From Candidatus Peregrinibacteria bacterium (GTDB lineage Bacteria > Patescibacteriota > Gracilibacteria > UBA1369 > LOWO2-01-FULL-3), in contig JACRIB010000042.1 of the NCBI GenBank assembly GCA_016235895.1, forward strand, positions 1 to 40,829: 40,829 bases of DNA. Reading direction: 5' to 3'. Position 1 is the first letter of the stretch. Every line of letters begins with the position of its first letter. Under the pieces are notes generated by a model, which did not search any database, had not been told where the DNA came from, and saw only the letters and a list, made by a program, of their open reading frames with translations. Shown piece after piece: positions 34,353-40,829 of the stretch. The position numbers and the translations under genes were made by a program.

Positions 34353-34865
34353 TTAATTATTTTTTGGAGTAATCACCATCAGCATGGCATTCCCCTGTTT
34401 TTTTGGATTGTCTTCCATCTTCCCGAAATCCTTCACGCCGTCATAAAATTTCATCATTTTGGCCAAGCCCAGGTCCTTGTAGGCCGCCTCTCTACCCCTG
34501 AACAAAAGCGTCACCTTCACAGAATTTCCTTCTTTGAGAAACTTTTGCGCCTGATTGGCCTTGATTTCCAGATCATGATCGCCAATCTTAAAGCCAATCC
34601 TGATGCCCTTTATTTCCGCTTTCCTCTGCATTCTTCTATGCTTCATCTCCACTTTTTTCTGATGATATTGATACTTACCGTAGTCCAGAATTTTGCAGAC
34701 CGGAGGATTTACATTGGGAGCCACCTCCGCGAGATCCAACCCGGATTCGCTAGCCAAAACCATCGCCGCGTCTCGGGACATAATCCCAAGCTGCTCACCT
34801 TCCGCGCCGATAAGTCTCACCGTCGGCACGCGAATTTCCAGATTTACACGCAATCTCTTAACTAT
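34353..34865 (-). CDS. infC: Translation initiation factor IF-3 (start probably non-AUG)
   Basis: The IF-3 core begins ..RLRVNLEIRVPTVRLIGAEGEQLGIM and runs to ..NAMLMVITPK. The 246-aa ORF in the track extends about 75 non-homologous codons upstream and overlaps dxr. In-frame ATA (34863-34865) or TTG (34851-34853) gives a normal-length protein of about 170 aa. Confidence 0.85.
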   Translation of the reverse strand: MVKRLRVNLEIRVPTVRLIGAEGEQLGIMSRDAAMVLASESGLDLAEVAPNVNPPVCKILDYGKYQYHQKKVEMKHRRMQRKAEIKGIRIGFKIGDHDLEIKANQAQKFLKEGNSVKVTLLFRGREAAYKDLGLAKMMKFYDGVKDFGKMEDNPKKQGNAMLMVITPKNN

Positions 34866-34987
34866 ATAAAATTGGTTAGCCGTAAAAAGCCCCAGGATAA
34901 TAGGCAAAACTAACCATAAAGTCAAGGAATTTGAGCTGCAATCAAACCAAATTTTGACTTCCTGGCACAAAAATCTAAAATGAACAC

Positions 34988-36019
34988 ATGCAAAAAGTTG
35001 TCGTCTTGGGCTCCACCGGTTCACTGGGAATTCAAACTTTGGAAATTTTGAAAAAATATCCCGAGCACTTTCGCGTAATCGGACTTTCAGCAAATATACA
35101 GGCCGATTTATTAAAAAAACAGGCCAAAAAATTCAAAACAAAAAACTTTTTACTCGCGGCAAAAGCGCGTTCCTCCGCCCAAGCCTTAGTTAGACTGGCC
35201 ACTTCAAGAGAAGCCGATATCATAATCAACGTACTCGCCGGCACCGCGGGCATAGCCCCAACTTTAGCGGCCTTGAAAGCCGGAAAAACGATCCTGCTCG
35301 GCAACAAAGAATCACTATTTGCAGAAGGCAAAAAAATCATGAAAATTATACATTCACAAAAGAAATTCGACAAAACCTCCTCCCTCATCCCTCTCGATTC
35401 CGAACACAACGCAATTTTCGAAATCCTCCAAAAATTTCCACACAAAAAAATTAAAAAAATAATCATTCCCTGTTCCGGCGGACCATTTTATGGCAAATCC
35501 ACGGCTGCACTCGCGCGCGTCACACCCACTCAAGCTCTCAAACACCCACGCTATAAAATGGGCAAAAAAATTTCCGTTGAATCGGCCACACTTATAAACA
35601 AAGGTTTGGAGATAATTGAAGCTCACCACCTTTTCGCCCTTCCTTTAGCCAAAATTGCTACCGTCTTTCATCCGGAATGTCGGATCCACGGCGCTGTAGA
35701 ATTTGAAAAAACAACACATACGATGGCATATTTTGCCAAACCGGACATGCGCGAGCATCTCGAAAACGCTCTCCGTCGCTCAGCCGGCCTACCACTCAAA
35801 AATTTAAAAATAAAAACTCTAAAATCCGCCGCCACCGCCAAAAAATTCTTGAAACCCCTCCGCCCCGGCGCCCTAAAAGGCCTAGCCCTCGTACTGAAAG
35901 TTTTCAAAAAATCCAAAAACTCCTCAAGAAAATTAAAAAACTTTCTCCTCCACGAAGAAAAAATTATCAAAAAATTTCTGACCAAAAAAATAAAATTCAC
36001 GGAAATCTTCAAGCCGTGA
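34988..36019 (+). CDS. dxr: 1-deoxy-D-xylulose 5-phosphate reductoisomerase (short, Lys-rich C-terminus)
   Basis: Motifs VVVLGSTGSLGIQTLEIL, LGNKESL, PLDSEHNAIFE and IIEAHHLF. At 343 aa it is shorter than the usual ~385-400. Confidence 0.88.
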   Translation: MQKVVVLGSTGSLGIQTLEILKKYPEHFRVIGLSANIQADLLKKQAKKFKTKNFLLAAKARSSAQALVRLATSREADIIINVLAGTAGIAPTLAALKAGKTILLGNKESLFAEGKKIMKIIHSQKKFDKTSSLIPLDSEHNAIFEILQKFPHKKIKKIIIPCSGGPFYGKSTAALARVTPTQALKHPRYKMGKKISVESATLINKGLEIIEAHHLFALPLAKIATVFHPECRIHGAVEFEKTTHTMAYFAKPDMREHLENALRRSAGLPLKNLKIKTLKSAATAKKFLKPLRPGALKGLALVLKVFKKSKNSSRKLKNFLLHEEKIIKKFLTKKIKFTEIFKP

Positions 36020-37364
36020 CTGCAAACTCCGACGATTTTCCAAGCTCTCTCCTCACTATTCCGCTCACCGCGCGCCAAGCTCTTTTTCCCACGACCTCGA
36101 CCCCTTGCTCACGATAAGGATTTTGATGATCGGTATTTATCGTGTCAACATCGGAAGTATGAGCAATTATCAAAGCATGCGGATACTTTTCTCTGATCGC
36201 GGCCACTAATTGATGGCCATAAGCACCACCACCCAAGTCATTATCCAACAAAAAGACCTCCACTTTTAGCAGGTCCTTGGCCTCAAGCATTTCAGTCAAA
36301 GCCACAGGGCCATCAATAGTAATCGCTTTTCCACCGGCAGCTTCGATGGTCTTTTTGGTTATTTTCAAGATCGCCTTATCGTCATCTATCAGGCAGAAAA
36401 AAGTGCCGCGAGGAAATTCCATTCTTTCTTTTTCTTGTAAAATTGGCCTGGATCTTTGTGCCCTACCCCACGAACCTCTTTGATTATAAGCATCACTGAT
36501 CAACCTCATATGCCCCAACATGGTATCGCCCTCAGCCTTAATTTTTCTTATCACGGCTATTTCCGCCTCAGGCAAAGTTCCGCGTTCTTCAGTGAAGTAA
36601 GGCCAACTAATAATCGGGACAAGATAATTTCCCAAATCATGCATAAATTTTTGTAAATCTTTATCGGAGAGATTGACATTCAAACGACCGTCATATTGTC
36701 TAAACAACCCATCCATTTTAGAAGCTCCGTCATATATCGTTTTTAAATCCGCGGCATCACTATCCTCGCTTTCACCAATGACGTAATCTTTGCCAGGAAA
36801 AGTAGGCGATGACTCCAAATCATTTTGCCATACGGCTATCAAAGAAACATAATAACCCACAAATTCGGCCAACACGGAGCTCTTCAAACCCTTTTCGATT
36901 TCCTGAAAAAGCCCCCGCCTTTTTGCAATCGCCTCACGCATTTCAGCTTTAAATTCCTTTGGCGCAGGGCCGCTGATACCATCGAAATACCCATATTTAG
37001 ACTCTCTTACAGTCATTGAATCTTCTTCAGCGGTAGCCAAAAAGACCAACGGGATTTTTTTATCGGAATCTGTTTTCAAAAAAACATCTCTACCGAATTC
37101 ACAAGAAGAGGTCAAAATTAACGCTACTCTATCAAGAAGATCCCTACGCATTCTTTCAAGAGCGACCTCAACCGAAAACACTTCCACAACTTCCGCGTTC
37201 GGGAAAAAAGAGCTCGCCAACCTTTTGCTGATAGCCGACTGGGTTGGGTCGCCATCAACCACAAGGATGGTGTTTCTGACAGGGTCATTTTCCCAAAGTT
37301 CACCAAGCTCTAGGGCAAGGTTTGGCTTATGGACATCGCTTTCCGAAAGGGGTCTATTAGACAT
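36009..37364 (-). CDS. Pseudo-receiver / histidine-kinase-type H-box / receiver protein lacking an ATPase domain
   Basis: The N-terminal REC-like fold (ILVVDGD..) has Thr/Ser (LILTSS) where the phospho-Asp should be. A central H-box-like motif is KFMHDLGNYLVPI (nt 36618-36650). The C-terminal REC has all the key residues (LIDDD, FLLDND, IIAHTS, VVGK). I found no HATPase N/G boxes. The ATG at 37364 is preferred over the TTG at 37421. Confidence 0.7.
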   Translation of the reverse strand: MSNRPLSESDVHKPNLALELGELWENDPVRNTILVVDGDPTQSAISKRLASSFFPNAEVVEVFSVEVALERMRRDLLDRVALILTSSCEFGRDVFLKTDSDKKIPLVFLATAEEDSMTVRESKYGYFDGISGPAPKEFKAEMREAIAKRRGLFQEIEKGLKSSVLAEFVGYYVSLIAVWQNDLESSPTFPGKDYVIGESEDSDAADLKTIYDGASKMDGLFRQYDGRLNVNLSDKDLQKFMHDLGNYLVPIISWPYFTEERGTLPEAEIAVIRKIKAEGDTMLGHMRLISDAYNQRGSWGRAQRSRPILQEKERMEFPRGTFFCLIDDDKAILKITKKTIEAAGGKAITIDGPVALTEMLEAKDLLKVEVFLLDNDLGGGAYGHQLVAAIREKYPHALIIAHTSDVDTINTDHQNPYREQGVEVVGKRAWRAVSGIVRRELGKSSEFAVTA

Positions 37365-37492
37365 AGGCGGTACAATAAAGCAACTTCGCCGACCTGTCAA
37401 GAGGAGTTTTGGACAATTCAACTAAAGAAGGCTTCCAGCCAAGAAAAAACACTTGTTTGCAAAAAAAACACAAAATGTGGCATGGTACAAAC

Positions 37493-38671
37493 ATGAACCA
37501 CGTCATTATCCTCGCGGCCGGCAGGGGGCGGCGAATGCGACAATCGCCCGGCTATAAAATCCATCAAGACAAGCTTCTGCTCAAAGCCGGTGGCAAACCG
37601 CTCATCTACCATTCGCTGATGGCTTTTAACGATCATCCGGAAATTGATGCGCTCATTTTAGTGGTAAACAAAGCCAATAAATCCGCCATCGAAAAAATCA
37701 TCAAGGCCTACACTTTCAAAAAAATCAAAAAAATTATCATTGGCGGACTCACCCGCCAGAAATCTTTTGCCAAAGGCTTTGAGGCTCTACGGAAAAACCT
37801 GCCAAGTGAAGACATTGTCATCGCCCACAATGCCGACAATCCTTGCATCAGTTCGGAAGAAATCACCAAAGTAATAAAAGGAGCAAAAGAAAACGGCGCT
37901 TGTATTCTCGGCCATTATCCAACCTCAACCATCAAAGAAATTAATGGCCGCCATATCATAAAAACTCACGATCGCAATCGTCTTTTTGCCGCAGAGACAC
38001 CGCAAGCCGCTCAATTTGCAATCATGAAAAAAGCTTTGCGGAATGCAGCCCTAAAAAAACTGGAGGTGACTGACGAGGCAATGCTGCTGGAAGCCATTTG
38101 CCAAAAAGTGAGCTACGAAGAAGCACATGAAAATAATTTCAAAATTACCACGCCTGGAGATCTACAAAAACTACGCACAATTTTTGGTGATCTACCGGAA
38201 GATTTTCGGGTAGGATTAGGCCAAGACAGTCATGAATTTGATAAAAAAATGGGCCTCGTCTTTGCCGGACTCACGCTACCAAACCTCCCAAAATTAAAAG
38301 CAAATTCCGATGGCGACGTGATTCTTCACGCGATCTTTAATGCCCTCTCTCAAGCCATTGGCGAAATGTCTCTCGGGTTTTACGCTGATGATATGTGTGA
38401 AAAAGGCATCAAAGACAGCAAAAAATATTTGGCAATAATCCTAAAAAAAGTTCATCAACAAAAATTTAAAATTAACACACTCGGCCTGATGATCGAATGT
38501 AAAACTCCAAAGATCGATCCCCTCGCCACTAAATTAAAAAAATCTCTTTCCAAAATTCTTAATCTGCCAATCCCTCGCATCGGCATCACCGCCACCGGCG
38601 GCGAAAACCTCACCGCCTTCGGTCAAGGCCTGGGCATCCAATGTTTCGCGATAGTGTCACTGATAAAATAA
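37493..38671 (+). CDS. ispDF: Bifunctional IspD/IspF (CDP-ME synthase / MEcPP synthase)
   Basis: IspD motif ILAAGRGRRM. IspF motif RVGLGQDSHEF, plus ..SDGDVILHAI.. The ATG at 37493 (MNHVIILAAG) is preferred over the TTG at 37409. Confidence 0.88.
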   Translation: MNHVIILAAGRGRRMRQSPGYKIHQDKLLLKAGGKPLIYHSLMAFNDHPEIDALILVVNKANKSAIEKIIKAYTFKKIKKIIIGGLTRQKSFAKGFEALRKNLPSEDIVIAHNADNPCISSEEITKVIKGAKENGACILGHYPTSTIKEINGRHIIKTHDRNRLFAAETPQAAQFAIMKKALRNAALKKLEVTDEAMLLEAICQKVSYEEAHENNFKITTPGDLQKLRTIFGDLPEDFRVGLGQDSHEFDKKMGLVFAGLTLPNLPKLKANSDGDVILHAIFNALSQAIGEMSLGFYADDMCEKGIKDSKKYLAIILKKVHQQKFKINTLGLMIECKTPKIDPLATKLKKSLSKILNLPIPRIGITATGGENLTAFGQGLGIQCFAIVSLIK

Positions 38672-38703
38672 TATCCCCAGTTTTGTAAACAACCGCAAAC
38701 CAC

Positions 38704-39498
38704 TTGCCAAATTTTATAAAAATCCACGCCCCGGCAAAAATAAATCTTTGTCTGGACGTGATAAAAAAAACATCTTCCGGCTACCACGAAATCCAAACCA
38801 TATTTCAGGAAATTCCTGAAATATATGATGAAATCACCATAAAAACCGCAAAAAAATCCGACAATTTGTCAACGAGTTTCGGCCCAAAAATTTCGAAGCA
38901 AAAACCACCTGTTCAAAAAAACAAAAATATCACTTTCCTCGCCATCCAGCTATTAAAAAAAACTTGCCCCAAAAAACTCTCCGGAAAATTCGTCTCCATC
39001 GCTATCAAAAAAAACATTCCAATTTCTTCCGGACTTGGAGGAGCATCTTCCGATGCCGCAGCCGTTCTTAAAGGTTTGAATAAATTATGGAACCTGAAAA
39101 TTCCCACAAAAAAACTGCAAACACTCGCGGCCAAACTCGGCATGGACGTGCCATTTTTTATTATGGGCGGCACAGCGCTCGGCACACATTTCGGCGAAAA
39201 AATAACGCTACTTCCGCCACTGAAAGATATTAAATTTAAAATCTTCCCCGAGTCAACGGACAAATCTTCAAAAACGCAATCCGCCTACGCTTCACTCGAC
39301 CTCTCCCTCTGCAATAAAAATTCAAACAAAACAAAACTGTTAATAAAAATTCTCAAAAAAAACAACGTCACAAAAAAAGCCCTACGGAAAGCCATTCTTG
39401 CCACCATCCACAACGACTTCGAAACTCTGACCACCCGCAAAAACCTGCCGAAACACCACCACCTCTCCGGCTCCGGCCCCGGTACTTTTACTGTTTGA
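38704..39498 (+). CDS. ispE: 4-diphosphocytidyl-2-C-methyl-D-erythritol kinase
   Basis: Motifs APAKINLCLDV, the GHMP kinase motif IPISSGLGGASSDAAAVL, and MDVPFFIMGG. TTG start. Confidence 0.85.
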   Translation: MPNFIKIHAPAKINLCLDVIKKTSSGYHEIQTIFQEIPEIYDEITIKTAKKSDNLSTSFGPKISKQKPPVQKNKNITFLAIQLLKKTCPKKLSGKFVSIAIKKNIPISSGLGGASSDAAAVLKGLNKLWNLKIPTKKLQTLAAKLGMDVPFFIMGGTALGTHFGEKITLLPPLKDIKFKIFPESTDKSSKTQSAYASLDLSLCNKNSNKTKLLIKILKKNNVTKKALRKAILATIHNDFETLTTRKNLPKHHHLSGSGPGTFTV

Positions 39499-40051
39499 GG
39501 CAGGAAAAGTTAAAAGACAAATTGTTATTGGACTCATTGGCTTCTTTGAAGTCGTTATCGGGATCCAAGGACACTTTAATTTCGAACGAATCAACCTTGG
39601 AACTCTTATACACATCGGTATATTCGCCACAAAGAGCTTTTAAATCAGAAGAAAAACCGCCTTCAACATAATCATTTTTTAGCGGAACATCGGAAAGATT
39701 AACTTTTTGAAGATTATAAGGAAAATCCTCCGCATAAAAAACATAAGATGATGCGCCTTGATGATAGCCCGAAGCGACCTTTATTCTCTTTTTGGAATTC
39801 GCAAGAACTTGGTTATCAAGATGCAGAATGATATTCCATCCATCCTGCTCAATATATTTTAGAGAGACATCGGTGAAATCTTTTGGATATTGCGCCAATT
39901 GTAACGTAGGACACGACTGGATTGCGGATCCATCCGGCGGAACGATTCTTCTAAGCGACCCTTTCAAAAATCCTCCGGCCGATGAAAAGGCAAAAACCAC
40001 AATAACGACAACAAAAACACCAATCACCGATAAAATAATTTTTTTATTCAT
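39488..40051 (-). CDS. Membrane-anchored or secreted hypothetical protein with a CARDB-like C-terminal motif
   Basis: N-terminal hydrophobic anchor MNKKIILSVIGVFVVVIVVFAF. The C-terminal ..SLDPDNDFKEANESNNNLSF resembles the D..N.v.E.nE.NN signature of CARDB domains. Confidence 0.6.
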   Translation of the reverse strand: MNKKIILSVIGVFVVVIVVFAFSSAGGFLKGSLRRIVPPDGSAIQSCPTLQLAQYPKDFTDVSLKYIEQDGWNIILHLDNQVLANSKKRIKVASGYHQGASSYVFYAEDFPYNLQKVNLSDVPLKNDYVEGGFSSDLKALCGEYTDVYKSSKVDSFEIKVSLDPDNDFKEANESNNNLSFNFSCLKQ

Positions 40052-40093
40052 ACACCAACACTACACTATTGTAAATTTTTTAACAAACATTTT

Positions 40094-40732
40094 TTAAAAT
40101 TCCCCTCTGCCCTGCAATGCCTTGGTCAAAGTAATTTCATCGGCATATTCCAAATCCGCACCGACAGGTAGACCACGCGCGATTCTGGTAATTTTCACAT
40201 CCATTTCCCGCAAATGTTTTTGAATATAAAGAGCCGTCGCTTCGCCCTCCAGGCTCGGATTGGTAGCCAAAATCACCTCGCGCACGGGCACACTTGCATC
40301 ACCGCCCACATCAGCACCCGCCCGACTTTTCTCTATTCTTGCAAACAATTCCGCGATTTTCAGCTGCTCCGGCCCTATGCCATCTATTGGCGACAGTGAG
40401 CCATGTAGTACATGGTACACCCCCTTAAATTCACTCGTTTTTTCCAGCGCCACAACATCCAAAACATCCTCCACCACACAAATAATCCCCTGATCCCGCC
40501 CGCCATCACCGCATATTTTACAAGGATCACTTTCGGCAATATTCCAGCAACACCCGCAAAACATCACGTTTTCTTTGAGTCCCAACACGGCTTCCCCCAG
40601 CGGCGTTACCCTGCTAGCCGGCGAATACAACAGATGAATCGCCAGCCTTTGGGCCGATTTCGGACCTATCCCCGGCAGCCTACCAAGCTCTTCTATCAGA
40701 TTCCTAACGGATTTTGGCAAGAAATTGGACAT
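40094..40732 (-). CDS. recR: Recombination protein RecR
   Basis: HhH motif LPGIGPKSAQRLA, a Cys4 zinc finger (CGCCWNIAESDPCKIC) and a Toprim domain (ICVVEDVLDVVALE, ILATNPSLEGEATA). Confidence 0.93.
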   Translation of the reverse strand: MSNFLPKSVRNLIEELGRLPGIGPKSAQRLAIHLLYSPASRVTPLGEAVLGLKENVMFCGCCWNIAESDPCKICGDGGRDQGIICVVEDVLDVVALEKTSEFKGVYHVLHGSLSPIDGIGPEQLKIAELFARIEKSRAGADVGGDASVPVREVILATNPSLEGEATALYIQKHLREMDVKITRIARGLPVGADLEYADEITLTKALQGRGEF

Positions 40733-40829
40733 ACGCCAATTCTAAAGACTACTTTTTCTTAAGACAACCCCAAGCCCAAGTCCTTATTGACAAAACCAAG
40801 AAAAGCTGCAAAAATAACTTTCGTTAAAA

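Noticed and set aside
4286-37421. The Gly/Arg/Ala/Asp-rich composition of the four orphan minus-strand proteins as evidence of foreign origin.
   Set aside because: Other minus-strand housekeeping proteins (RsmE, RecR, RdgB, the sigma factor) share this composition. My hand GC samples for the 802-aa gene (47-48%) are ordinary. Only the 839-aa gene sampled higher, and that needs a real calculation.
40759-40829. A possible 3' end of another minus-strand gene at the window edge (..LTKVIFAAFLGFVNKDLGLGLS*).
   Set aside because: Only 23 codons are visible and they carry no recognisable motif. That is too little to call.
1-40829. CRISPR arrays, retron or DGR elements, toxin-antitoxin pairs, restriction-modification or other defence cassettes.
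   Set aside because: I saw no regularly spaced repeats, no reverse transcriptase, nuclease-helicase or small paired ORFs, and no template/variable repeat pair. The only methyltransferases present are RsmE, a family 3 OMT and the orphan 802-aa protein. None of them has an adjacent nuclease.

Overview
This is a 40.8-kb stretch of a compact, mostly housekeeping bacterial chromosome. GC is roughly 45% by eye. The standard code applies: TAA, TAG and TGA all terminate conserved genes. The gene content includes RNase Y, holB next to PSP1/RicT, YtxH, VanW, a class A PBP and MurF. Many conserved proteins carry lineage-specific insertions, and gene ends are tight or overlapping. Together this suggests an uncultivated monoderm-type lineage, possibly Patescibacteria/CPR; that is inference only.

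I call about 33 protein-coding genes, two disrupted genes, one tmRNA and two intrinsic terminators. The disrupted genes are a frameshifted ABC permease and a TAG-interrupted DUF222-like gene. I saw no CRISPR array, transposase, integrase, phage module, rRNA or tRNA.

No recognisable defence or mobile system is present. The best candidates for something undescribed are orphan minus-strand genes wedged between housekeeping genes:
- An 839-aa protein with duplicated HTH-like modules, lying between mfd and the tmRNA gene.
- An 802-aa protein with a buried class I methyltransferase core, divergent from a PAS-PAS-GAF sensor.
- A pseudo-REC / H-box / REC protein with no kinase ATPase domain, sitting antisense inside a dxr-ispDF-ispE (MEP pathway) cluster.
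- A 399-aa GNAT-like protein.

Other points of note are a pentapeptide-repeat/K+ channel fusion translationally coupled to an O-methyltransferase, a membrane-anchored ECF sigma fusion, a long tmRNA, an extended L35 and a probable non-AUG infC start. All functional calls rest on motif recognition by eye; no searches were run.
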